Origin: Octopus vulgaris | Taxonomy: Eukaryota | Assembly (NCBI GenBank): GCA_951406725.2 | Contig: OX597830.1 | Span: forward strand, 6,200,001 to 6,264,000 | DNA length: 64,000 nt | Direction: 5' to 3' | Shown here: positions 1 through 14,112 of the stretch, piece by piece | How the letters are laid out: every line of letters starts with the position of its first letter | Position numbering within the stretch: position 1 is the first letter of the stretch | Notes under the pieces: generated by a model | What the model was told of the DNA's origin: nothing | The model's input: only the letters and a program-made list of their open reading frames with translations | Databases searched by the model: none | Made by a program: the position numbers and the translations under genes

Positions 1-904
1 TGAACTGTTAATTAAGCACAGCCTCTCTTCAGACGGCCTACTAAGGAACGAGATGCAGATTAGAAACTGTAACTGTAATTAAATATAAAACCTTATGGAA
101 GCACTTACTTACAATAATCGACGTCTAAATCGTCCTCGCTCTCTTGGTTTCTCGTTGTAAACATCGTGTTAGTAATTAATATGATTGTGTGATCAGACTC
201 AGGAGGCTAATTATGATAGTAATGACGATAATGATGATAAAGATGGATGATCACCATCAATCAACCTCAACGTCGTCGTCACTTCATCTCAACACACATT
301 ATCATTTTCTTTATCATATTTTATCTTCCTTATCATCGACTTCATCACCATTATCGTCGATATAGTCGTTATAATTGCCATCCTCTTACTTCTCCTCTTC
401 CTCCTTCTTCTCATAATCATCATCATCATCATCATCATCATGGTCGTCGTCGTCTTTATCGACGTTGTGTTCGTCGTCAAATTTGTGGTTTTCGTCGTCA
501 TCTTCATCGTCATTTTTGTTATTATCATCACCACCGTCATCCATACAGCCAGCCACATCATTACCGTCACCACCACCGCCATGTTGTCCTCTCCCGCTTT
601 CTTCTATTCACCCACTTCTCTTCCTCCTCATCTTTTTAATCTTCGTTGTAGTCAATGTCATCATTGTCATCTTCGTTATCATCGTTCTTCGTTACTGTCA
701 GATTTAGAACCTCCAACACCATCGCCACAACCACCAACATCACTGCACTCCTCCTCATTTTTTATTCCTCCTTTTCCTCGTACTCATCATTATAAACCCT
801 TAAAATTTTGTTTATTTGGTCATTGGAACTAAAATTCCTGAGTGGTGTATGATAAATATATATGAACGCAGTAAACTTGAGCCATCATTCTAATCGTAGG
901 TTTA

Positions 905-1086
905 TAGAAAAAGAAAGACGAAAGCAGGTGTAGGAAGAACAAGCAAGTGTAATAGTTTGATGCTCTGGAAAAGTGGAAGAGTCTTATACGTCTCGAGCCT
1001 ATGTTCTTCGACAGAAAGGAATAAGAAGAAAATAAGCAGAGGGGGAGAATGAAAAAAAAATTGAGTTCAGTAGTTTAACATGGCAA
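905..1086 (-). mobile_element. Solo PLE pseudo-LTR-like unit (family A) with decayed hammerhead
   Basis: Homologous to copies at 1.5, 33.7, 47.8, 54.3 and 56.2 kb; minus strand reads CTGTCGA-A-GAAC-ATAG-GCTC-GAGACGTA. Confidence 0.6.
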
Positions 1087-1122
1087 ATGATTCAAATATA
1101 TATAAATATTAGTGACTGATCC

Positions 1123-1131
1123 ATATATATA

Positions 1132-1228
<97 letters not shown>
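1123..1228. repeat. (AT)n microsatellite
   Basis: Near-perfect AT run. Confidence 0.95.
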
Positions 1229-1230
<2 letters not shown>

Positions 1231-1385
1231 TAAGCAGAAAATGGAGAAATATTGATCAACAACAAATGATGATTAATTTTTTATACGAATAGGATTTATC
1301 CCATCTAACAGCCGTTTCTGCCTCCAATTTCCCACGGTATTGCCATTGAAAATTCCTTTTGCATATGTGACGCTTCAGGATGTTT
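1229..1385 (-). mobile_element. Probable PLE pLTR fragment with degenerate hammerhead
   Basis: Minus strand CATC-CTGAAGC-GTC...GGCA-GAAAC-GGCT-GTT-AGATG, bounded by (AT)n on both sides. Confidence 0.35.
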
Positions 1386-1444
1386 TATATATATATATGT
1401 ATGTATGTGTGTGTGTGCGTGTGTGTGTGTGCGTGTATACGTGT

Positions 1445-1600
1445 GGTTTAGTTCAAATCTATAGCGTATTAGCTTGACGCTCAGGAAAAAATGGAAAAGC
1501 ATTTTAAGTTTCGAGCCTACGCTCTTCGACAGAATGGAATAAGAGGGAAATAAATAGAAAATGATGAAAACGTTTTGAGTTCAGTGGTTCAAAATGGCAA
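1445..1600 (-). mobile_element. Solo PLE pLTR-like unit (family A) with CUGUCGA hammerhead-like motif
   Basis: Minus strand CTGTCGA-A-GAGC-GTAG-GCTC-GAAACTTA at 1506-1532. Confidence 0.65.
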
Positions 1601-2142
1601 TATTTGTTTCCATCAACCCATACATGCATTTATAGACAATCCAGTCGTGACTACCAAAATATATTCTACAAATACTTAGAAACACATTATTTAACGTAAA
1701 CCAACTAAAGATTTTGGTGAAATTATGTATATCTCCAGATGAATTTAGCTTTTTACATATGGTTAGGTGTAATTCTACGAAGGTTTGGTTGCCGTTTCAA
1801 TCAGATCAAGCCACTACGTTGTCACATGTAATGACGTCCTGCGTGTAATGAGGAGAACGTCTCATTCTTTAACATCATCTTTGGTAATCCCATGGCATGT
1901 CATAATTTCATTGGACCATGATACTGTTGTGATTTGAAAAGAAGAGAAGTTTCTTGAGGGAACTTTAACGATTTCATGTTCAAGGAACAACTATATAAAG
2001 AAGATGTAAATAAAACGCAATATTTGTTAATCACATAACGCCTGGTTCCTTAACAATTGGAGAGAAAACTTATATGATATTTACACTATATAACATTAAT
2101 AAAACACACACACGCACACATCACATACATACGTGCATATAG

Positions 2143-2173
<31 letters not shown>

Positions 2174-2454
2174 ATATAATATAAATAATATATATATGCA
2201 TATATACATACGTGTTTGTACATACTTAGATCTATACGTGTATATATATATGCATAAATGGGCACAAGACGTCACGAAACGTGTACAACAAAACATACGA
2301 AGTACGAGTACATGGAATATGAACTATGTTTTAGAACAACGAAAGACACAAATTGAAAACAAGTCAAACAACACACAAAACGATTCTTCAGTTGCTGGCT
2401 GTTTTTCTATTCTCGTATTTCGAGAATTTTATAAAACACACACACACACATATA

Positions 2455-3702
2455 CAGGGTGCATAAGATATTTGAGCACAGATTTAAGTTTATATAAACT
2501 GATATATAATAACAGATAATATGCTTATCAAAAAATTCTATGGGGATAACAATAAACGTTCTTTTCTATAATGCTATTCCATAAAGCCTCCTTCAGCTTC
2601 AACAACTGCTTCTATATGAGATCTAAATCATCAACGTGCTCGAATCAATTGGTCCTGGTTCCTTTTGAACATCACTCTGACTATGGCAGCTTTCATAGAA
2701 CCTTTGCTGTTGTGGGCATGTTCATTGACCTCTTTCTCAACACCTCTCCACATGTAATAGTCCAATGGATTGAGATCTGGGGAATTAGGAGGCTAATTGT
2801 TAGGGGTTATGTGATCATGAAAAATTTCAACCATCCATTCCTGTGTTACTAGATCCATGCTTGATAGTGCAGAGTCTTACTGAAATATATATGGCCGTCC
2901 TGTGCATGCACTGTCTATCCAGAGCTTAACAGTTGTTTCCAGGACCTCAATGTAGGTGGCAGAATTAATTCTAAGGCCTTGTGGAAAGAAGTAAAGTGGC
3001 ATCACATGTCTTTCATTGCTGACAACCCCTGAAACCATGACAGTTGCAGGAAAGTTTGTATGTATAAGACTTGGAAATTCAGGAGGGTCTGCACATAGCC
3101 ATTTGTCATTTCTTCTGTTAACTTTTTAATAATGGTGGGAGTTTTTCTCGTTCGAGAAAAAACAAATCAAACCATCTTCTACTGGATTTTTTAGTTTGTT
3201 TAAAAGCCTTTTAGATCTGATGTAGTGATTTTCTTTTGTTTTTTATGACAAATTGACCTCTTGTCATCATATAAGACTTATATCTGATGTCTTCGTAGAC
3301 AACATTTCTGACTGTTCCGTCTGACACATGGAGATCTTTAGCAATTGACCTCGTGGACTTTCTGGGGTTGTAATCAATGGCCTGGTGAACTTGCAGGATA
3401 AATTCATGTGTTCTGGGGACTGCAGAGCGTTTAGAATGCTTTTTATTCTTTGATACTGGTGATACGTTTCTATTTTCAGTATCTAACGCCTTACAAAGAC
3501 GAAAGATCAGGCAACTTTTAAAAATCGGGATATTTCTGAATTATGTTTAGCCTTTATAACCACAATAACAGCATGCCTCTTCATTTCCCGAGACAGCTGA
3601 TTGCCTGACGTTATTCTTTTCTGAAACAAAGAATATACAGAGTTTGAAAAAATGCAGCAATGTCCCAAAAAAGGTATGTTCTCAAACACCATACGCAACC
3701 TG
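2455..3702 (-). mobile_element. Decayed Tc1/mariner DNA transposon, maT (DD37D) type
   Basis: Imperfect TIRs CAGGGTGCATAAGATATTTGAGCAC / CAGGTTGCGTATGGTGTTTGAGAAC flanked by TA; minus-strand translation gives FSNEK, YIFQ*DSA, PPNSPDLNPLDYYMW with about 37 aa D-D spacing; stops and frameshifts present. Confidence 0.88.
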
Positions 3703-3725
3703 TATATACATATACATATATATGT

Positions 3726-3771
<46 letters not shown>

Positions 3772-3971
3772 TTAGGTCACAAAAGTAACAGAGGTTACCG
3801 ACTAGCACTTCTTTTGCTAAAAAGAAGATTTAAAACAGCCGAAAAGCCACAAAAGCATTGTCGTAATGACTGACAAAGGGAAATAATTGCCCAGCGTATG
3901 TAGTCGGATTTTGATTTAGACCATCTTAATTCTCATCAGCAACTCTTAACACCTATACATAATATCCTTAT

Positions 3972-4090
3972 ATATCAAAAAATTCGATGAGGATAAAAAT
4001 AAACGTTCTTTTCTATAATGCTATTCGATAAAGCCTCCTTCAACTTCAACAACTGATTCTATATGAGATCTAAATCATCGATATGCTTGG
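3972..4090 (-). mobile_element. Fragment of the same maT transposon 3' region
   Basis: Closely matches 2526-2642 (aataaacgttcttttctataatgctattc...gagatctaaatcatc). Confidence 0.8.
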
Positions 4091-4120
4091 CAAATAAAGA
4101 AAAAGGAATGACCAGCCCGG

Positions 4121-4560
<440 letters not shown>

Positions 4561-5699
4561 ATTGTTTTTTTACGTGAGCTTCAGTAGTAAAACTGAGTAT
4601 TTAGAGATTTTTTTCAAATCTCACCATCTCCTCCACTACAACCCCGTCATTGTCATCATTATCGTCAATACTATCCGCTTCCTCTGCATCTTCATCACCA
4701 CCGCCATCATCACCATCACCACCACCACTGCCCCAGCACCATCACCGATAACAATAACAGCAACAACAAGAGTAATAAAGCCAAAAGCAACATTATCGTC
4801 ATCATCATCATCATCATTATCACCGGCAACAGCAAGGACAATATCATCCTCCTTCGTTTTAAAACGGAACTCCTCTTGATATGTTTTACAAACAATGATT
4901 TATTTTAATTTTTTCCGCACTCATATTTCCAACCTGCCCTCCTCCCGCCCCAAATCAAATATTTATACTTCACTGGAGACCTTAACTTTACTAATTATCA
5001 GCCCAGACAAAAACCATAATAAATAACTACACGCCATTAAATATGTCCGCCCGTTAAATTGTCTTTATTAATCTTTCCATGATTTCGACTGATTTGATCA
5101 TCAATCATCCATCTTATCGACATTTTTTGTGAAACACTATCGCCATCTAGCTAAAAATATTTCCCCTAAAATAATCGTTATTATCAACAAACACAGAATC
5201 ATGTGGGTGCAGCCATGGCCACGTTCAAGTTAGGGAATTCTCTTTACATTAGAACGTTGCGGTTTCGACCCAGCTGCACGGCAATCCAAGCAACTAGCTT
5301 TTAATTTAGTCTAATATAATCATACCTTATAAGTAGAAATCAAGTATTTTTATTAATTAAATAATTAATAGCCTTTAACTGGATACGTCCAATGATTTAT
5401 TACGTTTTATTCTGTTTGTGTTGATGTTTGTTGATTGCTAGATCTTTCGTTATGAAAAGCTTTAATAAAAGAATATACCACTCAATGACATGCTTTAGAT
5501 TTGAAGCACCGTTGTAGTTAAATTTTGTTTTGTTCATAGATGTGAGCTTATAGTGAGTATGACTGCTTGTTCAGTGATTCAGTGATTCGAACTACAAAAA
5601 TCTTCGTCACACTTAACATTGCCTTACGCCGAGGGGTGCATTAGACCCTATGATCCTTTGTTTCTAACCCTGTTAAATTTTCGGTTTGCTTGATTAATA

Positions 5700-5838
5700 T
5701 TTATTTTTTTATTGCCCACAGAGGGATAAACATACGGGTGATAAACAAAGGAATTAGTTGATTACATCGACCCCGGTGCGTAACTGGTACTTATCAATTC
5801 GACCCCGAAAGGATAAAAGGCGAAGTCGACCTCGGCAG
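5700..5838 (-). mobile_element. Truncated tandem copy of MetaSINE-like SINE
   Basis: Repeats 5850-5996 (ggtgcgtaactggtactta...gaccccgaaaggataaaaggcgaagtcgacctcggc). Confidence 0.75.
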
Positions 5839-5844
5839 ACAAAA

Positions 5845-6066
5845 TATCTATTTCTTTACTACCCACAAGGGGCTAAACATAGAGAAGACAAACAAGGACA
5901 GACAAACGGATTAAGTCGATAATATCAACCTCAGTGCGTAACTGGTACTTATTTAATCGACCCTAAAAGGATGAAAGGCAAAGTGGACATCGGCGGAATT
6001 TGAACTCAGAACGTAGCGGCAGACGAAATACCGTTGAGCGTGTTAACGCTTCTGCCAGCTCGCCGA
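5845..6066 (-). mobile_element. tRNA-derived SINE with MetaSINE-like central domain
   Basis: Minus-strand head GGCGAGCTGGCAGAA (A box), GAGTTCAAATTCC (B box), then CTTTGCCTTTCATCCTTTTAGGGTCGATTAAATAAGTACCAG. Confidence 0.8.
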
Positions 6067-6135
6067 CCTATTTGCTTAATTGACAAAGTTAGATATTTTA
6101 ATACAGTTCTATATTTAAAAAATAAGGAATTATGC

Positions 6136-6179
6136 ACATTATTTACATTATTTATATTTGACGGATATTTGTCCTCATC

Positions 6180-6234
<55 letters not shown>

Positions 6235-6400
6235 CAACAACAACAACAACATCGAAAAATACCTTAGGAATGAGAACCCAGGTTCGAAATTTCCCCAAGA
6301 CACCTGATGAAGGCTGGAGGGTATATCAGCCGAAACGTTGTGTTAACAACAAACAAGATGAGGACAAATATCCGTCAAATGTAAATAATGTAAATAATGT
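6136..6400 (+). mobile_element. PLE pLTR with inverted partial copy
   Basis: 46-bp inverted arms 6136-6181 / 6355-6400 (1 mismatch) enclosing (TAA)n(CAA)n and an intact HHR. Confidence 0.75.
6299..6344 (+). ncRNA. Type I minimal hammerhead ribozyme, canonical core
   Basis: Stem I GACAC/GTGTT; CTGATGA (6304-6310) plus extra A; stem II GGCTG/CAGCC; GAAA; palindromic ACGT stem III; GUU cleavage triplet. Confidence 0.85.
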
Positions 6401-6980
6401 AGATATTTCAATGTTTATATAAACCCACTCTGTTTTAAAGTATTATTATACCATAGTGCAACTTTCTCAAATTTCATTTTATTGGAATTTCAAAGATCCA
6501 CTTTTGTACGTTACAGGCTACGATTCTTGTTATTGATTACGATTCTTGTTATTGATAGGGAATGTTTTGGATATTTGACCGCAGATATCGGCTCTCCTCT
6601 GATTTAATCCATGCCTGCTCATGATTTGGAATATGGCTATGGCATGGTTTCTCTGTATCTCTGTCCCAAAATGGTTGATTCTGTTACACAACGCGATAAA
6701 AGGAAATGCAAACCAATTTTTGCATCGACATTTTGATTCCGCTCCTGAAATGAAAAAAACGGAAAATGACCTACACCAGCAACAACAGGAACAGCATGGA
6801 CAAGAAGGCAACAACAACAATGCAATGATGACGATGACAGTGATGATGACGATGATGATATTTTTTTCCTCCAGTTTCAGCTTAGAGCTGCGGCCATGAT
6901 GATGCGCCGTCGTTTTGCTACACTGTTATTACTGAGAGCCTCCTCTAATGTGTGGCACTTGGTGAAGAATGAAGTTTGAA

Positions 6981-7061
<81 letters not shown>

Positions 7062-7251
7062 GAGAGCAATTAAACAGAAGAAGAAGAAGAAGAAGAAGAA
7101 GAAGAAGAAGAAGAAGAAGAAGAAGAAGAAGAAGAAGAAGAAGAAGCAGTAGGAGAAGAAGAAGAAGAAGAAGAAGTAGAAGAAGAAGAAGAAGAAGAAG
7201 AAGAAGAAGAAGAAGAAGAAGAAGAAGAAGAAGAAGAAGAAGAAGAAGAAA
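6981..7251. repeat. (TAA)n and (GAA)n microsatellites
   Basis: Direct reading. Confidence 0.95.
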
Positions 7252-7734
7252 AGCATTTGGGAAAATGGATTTTCAGTGCGATAGAAAGATGTCCGATCGC
7301 GAAATCAAAAACTTCGAATATTTTTAAAGTTTGTCTTCGATTCTATGCTGAAAATATGGAATCTGAACTTGCCCTCAGAGAATACTTAATATTACTGAAA
7401 AGATAAAATATATAAAAATGAATATTTTAACAAAGACGACTCTTACAGATCAATATTTTTTTTTTTTTGGAATAACGAAAGAGAATAAGATTTTAACGTT
7501 GAATAAGATATGTCCCGGCATTGTTATGAAAAGGGTTAAAAATTTCTATTAAAAGCGTTTAAACTGTCTCATTTTGATTCCAGACGAATAACAAACGTTT
7601 GGAAAATCTTCAATTCTTCAAGAGTGAATGGTTCCTGGTTTCTTTTATGAAAATTTCCCAGAGATATTTTTTCTGGAAAAAAATCAAATATAACAATGAT
7701 AATATGCACTAAAAATGAATGAAGATGCTTACGA

Positions 7735-7774
7735 AATAATAATAATAATAATGATGATGATGATGAGGAGGAGG

Positions 7775-7806
<32 letters not shown>

Positions 7807-7807
7807 C

Positions 7808-7871
<64 letters not shown>

Positions 7872-7982
7872 CAACAATAATAATAATACCTAATAATAAT
7901 GATGATGATGACGATGATAACGACAATAATAAGAATAGGACGAAATAACGAAAAAATTGGAAATAGCAGCAGCTGCAGCAGC

Positions 7983-8036
<54 letters not shown>

Positions 8037-8127
8037 GGTGGTGGTGGTGGTGGTGGTGGTGGTGGTGGTGGTGGAGGAGGTATTATTAGTAGTAGTATTA
8101 GCAGCAGCAGTGGTAGTAGTAGTAGTA

Positions 8128-8168
<41 letters not shown>

Positions 8169-8238
8169 GGTGGTGGTGGTGGTGGTGGAGGTATTATTAG
8201 TAGTAGTATTAGCAGCAGCAGTGGTAATAGTAGTAGTA

Positions 8239-8294
<56 letters not shown>

Positions 8295-8475
8295 GGTAGT
8301 GGTGGTGATGGTGGTGGTGGTGGTAGTGGTAAAACAGAATCTGAAGAATAAGAGTATGAAGGAGGGGGAAGAGGCTGACGATGATGTAGTGGAGGAGGGG
8401 AAGAGGAGAAAGAGAAAGAAGAAGAGGAAGAGGGGAGGGGGGAGAGGAGGAGGAGGAAGTGGTGGAGGAGGTGGA
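7735..8475. repeat. Compound trinucleotide array (TAA/TGA/GCA/TAG/TGG/GGA)
   Basis: Direct reading; includes a higher-order duplication 8074-8160 vs 8187-8280. Confidence 0.9.
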
Positions 8476-8744
8476 GAAATTACCCCCAAGCTATCGACCT
8501 GTATATAGCCGTAACCGGAATGTAGGGCCTGCAAATTATAATAACAGTTTCCAAGGTGCATTGCTTCGATGAAAATCAAGTAGACAAACACGTAAATGCA
8601 GTTGCATGACTTCCAAACCTTGGAGGGCACCGACCTTCCTCTGATGTTGCAGTGAAAATATGAAGTCAAATTATGACTAAAGAATAATAAATAATGGTTT
8701 CGGATTTTGGTAAAGCCAGAAATTTCGTGGGAGGGGAATATGCT

Positions 8745-8862
8745 GAATACTTAGACCCAGTGCTCAAATGAAATGATATCGAAAGGACGAAAGGCAAAGT
8801 CGATGAAATGCCGATAAGCCATTCGCCTGGCTTGCTTACGATTCTGCCTTGCTCGCCGCCTC
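8745..8862 (-). mobile_element. Degenerate MetaSINE-like SINE
   Basis: gaaaggacgaaaggcaaagtcga...gctcgccgcc similar to 5845-6066. Confidence 0.55.
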
Positions 8863-9242
8863 CATGATGATGATGATGATGATAATTAGGAGGAGGATGA
8901 GGAGGAGGAGGTGGTGGAGGATTTAAGCATAATGCCACAAATTCTGATGGGTGTGGGTTAGACAATTCCCTCGTCCCGCTACTTGGCTAGTAATTTGACT
9001 TATCGATATCGGGTGTTAAAAAATAAAGTTGACTTCAACACATTACGAACCGTTACTAAACCGTTATAAAGAGAAAAACACCCGCATAAAATGCTCACAA
9101 TAATCCCCTGTCTTTTCCTATCCCTGCGTAATCAGACGCTGAGATTTTTGAGTCCATGAGTCCTTCTGTTTGAGAGAAGTTAGGAAACAATATTTAAATA
9201 AATAAACCAGACTTGAACACTTACAATAGCTCGACCAGAAGT

Positions 9243-9390
9243 GGGGACGTGGTAAGAAGTTTCATTATCGACCACATGATTCCGGATTCAGTCCCTCTGC
9301 GCAACTTGGGAAGGTGTCGTCTGCCGTAACCTCGGGTCAACTAAAATCTTGTGAGCGAATTTGTTTGGGGGAAACTGAAATAAACCCGTC

Positions 9391-9392
<2 letters not shown>
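9243..9392 (+). mobile_element. 5' half of tRNA-derived SINE with internal microsatellite
   Basis: Matches 31845-32040 (gtggtaag...ccggattcagtccc...cttgtgag...cccgtcgtatat); its tail lies at 10905-11080. Confidence 0.7.
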
Positions 9393-9457
<65 letters not shown>

Positions 9458-9462
<5 letters not shown>

Positions 9463-10270
9463 AATCCAAACGGGAAACAAAAAACGATAACAATGGAACA
9501 ATTACAGTATTATTATTAATAGGCGCTCAGGAAATGGAAGCAGGGAGGTATGACGTTTGGAGCGGAGCTCTTCGTCGGAAACATAAAGAAGGAAGAGAGA
9601 GGAAAGAAAGATCCCAGAGCGGGCCACGGAGATAGAGAAAAAAACGACTGGTGTTAGGAGTTACACATGGTGAAAGGCGGATGTTTACGATAACAAGAGC
9701 AAAGTGGGTTTTTAAAGGCAAAAGAGTGGAGACAAGGTTGGTAACGCAACAGATGTGTGTGTATGTGTGAGTGTGTGCGTGTGCGTGTGTGTATGTGTGT
9801 GTGTGAGGCGAGATAAAAAAACAAAAAATATATGTATGTGTTAGTGTGTGCGTCTGTGTGTAGGCGTGTGAGGTAGGGCGAGACGGTGGTCAGCATAGCA
9901 GAAGCATAGCAGACAAAGGTCAGTAGTAAGAAAAGGGAGGAAGGAGGAAGGGAGGGAGGGGAAGGGGTGAGGGCGTATGTAGCGTGCCAGCGTGTGTTGG
10001 GTAGTAGTGTGAGTGTGTGTCCAGTGTCGTGGTAGTATTAATGGCGAGTAGATTGAATGTGTGTAAGAGTAATGTATATGTTTAAGCAATGTGTGTATAT
10101 GTGTGCGCGTGTGTGTAACGAAAAAGGGGGGGGTTAAGGAAAAGGACTCCAGCGGAGGGGAAGATGGAAGAGTGGTCCCGCGGAGACGGGCGTGGGAAAA
10201 CCCAACGACAAGCGACATCCCAGGAACGGGCGGGAGGTCTCGTCGGGTCCAAGGGCGAGGTGCAAGCGGC
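9458..10270 (-). mobile_element. Decayed Penelope-like element 3' portion nested in a SINE
   Basis: pLTR (9458-9660) homologous to 35430-35620 with HHR-like CCGACGA-A-GAGC-TCC-GCTC-CAAACGTC; low-complexity UTR; 10130-10265 resembles the endonuclease C-terminus at 34600-34740. Confidence 0.6.
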
Positions 10271-10811
10271 GCGCATGCGTGCGCGAACCGGCGCAAGCGC
10301 GTGTGTGCGCGCGCCTGCGAGTGTGCGCGTACGTATGTGTGTGTATGGATGTGTGAGTGTGTCTGTGTGTATGTCTGGGTGGCAGTGTGTCCGATGAATG
10401 TATGTGAGTATGTGTGTATGTATGTGTGTGCATAGATGTATGTCCGTGTGTGTGTGTGTATGTGTATGAGTGTGTATGTATGTACGTGTGGGTGTGGGGA
10501 AGTGTGTGTATGTGCATGTGTGTGCGCGAACATACAGGTGTGTGAGTGAGTGCGTGTGTGTGTATGTATGTGTGAGTGTGTATGTATGTGTGTGTAGGAT
10601 GCATGTATGTGTATGGGTGTATGTATGCATGTGTGTATGTATGTATGTGTACGTGCGTGTGTGTGTGTATGCGTGTAGGTGTGCGCGTGTGCATGCGTGC
10701 ATGCATGTGTATGTGTGTGTGCGTATGTGTGTGTGTATGTGCGTACATGTGTGTGTGTATGCATGTGTGTGTGTAGGTGTGTAGGCGTGTGTGTATAGGT
10801 GTATGTATGTA

Positions 10812-10907
<96 letters not shown>
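10270..10907. repeat. Degenerate (GT)n/(GTAT)n array
   Basis: Direct reading. Confidence 0.9.
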
Positions 10908-10909
<2 letters not shown>

Positions 10910-11080
10910 TGTCCCTATCACCGCTTGATAACCGGTGATTGTGTGCTTACGTCCCCGTAACCTGGTGGCTGGGCAAAAAGAAGCGGATAGAAAAAGAGCA
11001 AAGCTTAAAATTAAATACTGCGGTCAATTAGTTCGACTGAAATTCTTAGTTTGGTGCTCCAACATGGGCGAAGGATAATA
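10905..11080 (+). mobile_element. 3' half of SINE begun at 9243
   Basis: cgcttgataaccggtg...tacgtccccgtaac...ggtgctccaacatgg matches 32135-32245. Confidence 0.7.
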
Positions 11081-12865
11081 AGAACGTGTAGGTAACTAAG
11101 ACCCTAACGATGTTGTTAAATAAGTTGATACCTTAAGCCCACAATATCTAAGCAAAAACGGTTTCTCCAAACTACTTCCGTGTAGCATTCTTTTAACCAA
11201 ATTCGCGTATACGATTTAATCAACTCAAGGTTAGGGGAGAAGATAATTGTCCAAAGTGATGCATAGCGGGAGCGAACCTAAAACATCATGTTTACAACCG
11301 TGCTTCATAACCATATCAACCGGAATAATAAACATTTCATTTCTATATTATTGGCTGTTCAGTTTGTTTTATGGGCACTAGTGTCTGATCGACTCCAGAC
11401 AATTTTTAGAAAATGAAGATACCGGATACGTAACTATTTTCGATGGACAACCAATAAGCAAATAAAGATGATAAGAGTGAAATTGGAACCCACTATGCAG
11501 AGATTTAAATTTAAATACTACTAACTGCATGACCGACTGCACAATTGTTTCTGAAAACTTGTTCTATTGGAACAAGTGTAGTATTTGTTGTTGTTGTTGT
11601 ATTTGGAATATGTGCGGGTTAGCTTTGCTCGAATTGACTTATTGTCAATTGCGTTCCAGAAATGCGCTTCTCCTAATATTTCCATCTAGATCAATGCGCT
11701 AAATCCTGAAGATGATGGGTCTGAAACCCAGACACCTTCAAAAAAGCCATCAAGGAAATAAGAACGGCAACTGAAACTAGTTCAAGATGTCCATGATTTT
11801 TTTCATATTTCCATATAAACACAATGAGTGAAATAAACGTTTCGAAACTAGTTCAAGATGTCCGTGATTGATAAGAGACCGCTGTTCGCTTCATTTAAGT
11901 GAAGCGTACAAACTAAGGAGCGGAACGCTATTGACCTGGAGATACCTGCTGACAAAGTGGAAGGCTTTCCAACATTGCAAAGGATTTAGACGAGCTTGAA
12001 ACGACTCTGAGCAATTGTTATGTGGACGCCCCCAGACGATGAAGTAGACTAGCCCAATACGTAGATGTAGAGGAAGAAGTCTAGACGTCAGGAACAGAGT
12101 AGAGAGGAGTAGAGTTGAGTAGTAGAGGCATCCGAACGTGCGACATAACAGCAATTGCTACAGTTTCTACGTGAGACGAAGCATATCTGATGTTTACTTC
12201 ACCCATCTAACGTGACCCTGCTTTGTATAAATAACTATATTATGACTGCTACGATAAATAGAGGGAGCTTTTGATGTTTCCTGTAGGTTCCGTTTAAATA
12301 AGAATATATATATGTGCGACCGAGTAAACATTAAACCATGGCGGGTATATAACATAAATATTCACATATATTGTAAGATTGTTTCGGTGTTTGTAGCAAT
12401 AGAATTATCATATTAACATTAATATGAACGGTTACGCTAACCTAGACAATTACTTTAGACTTAATATTAATCAAGTTAATTTTCGTTTCCTGGTGAGTGT
12501 ATGTTATTGATAAAATCATCTCGAGGGATTTATCTTTATAAATGAATCTATCGATTCTCTTGCTAAATGATTGACAAAATGATCTTTCTTCTGTTCCCTT
12601 CAACCTCAATATCTAGAGTTATGTGTGAAGTTAAATCGATAAAGTTTATTATGAAAATAAATTGATATGTTACCGATAATTTTATTTTAATACGTAATTT
12701 TAATTACATTTATCGTCAGTCATCTTGTTAAATTCTCTTGCATCTTTCATCTTAAGTATTGCGCTATAAATGTCAATATATACATGCGCTGTCTATAGAA
12801 CCGCGCACGTAATACGTGCGCGCGCCTTTAGACGTATACATACGCACCTACATGCTTAAATACAT

Positions 12866-12906
<41 letters not shown>

Positions 12907-13054
12907 CAGATAGATACATAGATAGATAGATACACACATGACATACATACGTATAGATATAATATGTATACATATATGCATATATATGTATAGCTATATG
13001 TAGATATATATGTATGTGTATATATCTTTATATATAGATACATATATTACATGC

Positions 13055-13090
<36 letters not shown>

Positions 13091-13215
13091 ATGTATGTAT
13101 ATATATATGTATATATATATATATATATATATAGCTATGTATATATATATATGTGTGTGAATATATGTATATCTATATTGTTTATAGATAAGTGTATGTA
13201 TATATATATATACAT

Positions 13216-13254
<39 letters not shown>

Positions 13255-13614
13255 CATGCAGAGACACACAGACATATATATATATACACACAAACTCATA
13301 CGCAGACCCATACACGAACACACACACATATAATGCCTAGCTCTCTGTCACCGTTCTTGCGTGTTTAACTTAATCGTTATTTACTACTCTCCCATAATTA
13401 CATTGTCGAATTCTCTATGTAACAAGTGTAGAACTACACACACACACACATGTATGTATGTATGTATGTATGTATGTATGTATGTATGCACATATGTATA
13501 TATGTGTGTGTATGTGCATATGTATGTATGTATGAGTGTTCGTATGTGCATATGTTTGTATATATGTATGTATATGGATGCATATATTTATATATATGCA
13601 TATGTATAACTATG

Positions 13615-13656
<42 letters not shown>

Positions 13657-14112
13657 ATATATGTGTGTGTGTGTGTGTGTGTACATATATACATACCAAC
13701 ACATATGTATATACACAAACAAGCACACACACACAAATACATATATATATACATACATACGTACATACATACATACATACATACACACATACATAAATAC
13801 ATACATAAATACATAGAGTATACTTTTACTAGACGAGAAGGGACGGCAATGCTAATATGTGGTCTACCGAAAAATATGTATTATACCGAAATTCTTCAGC
13901 TTGATGCTATTTTTTTTCTTACAACTCGAAATAAAAACGGACATTGTTATGTCTGTATGTGTGTGTGTATGCGTCTATGTGTATGCATATGTGTACGCGT
14001 GTGTATGAGTGTGTGTGTTAATGTGTGTGTGTGTTTGTGTTTGTGTCGAGTTAATTACTTAGTGCGTATTGAAATTCAGAATTTTTTCAGGTTTCCATAT
14101 AAACCCAATGAT

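Noticed and set aside
11700-11870. CTGAAGA...GAAACTAGTTC with duplicated gaaactagttcaagatgtcc
   Set aside because: Stem II does not close adjacent to GAAA; could be a decayed pLTR but is not supportable.
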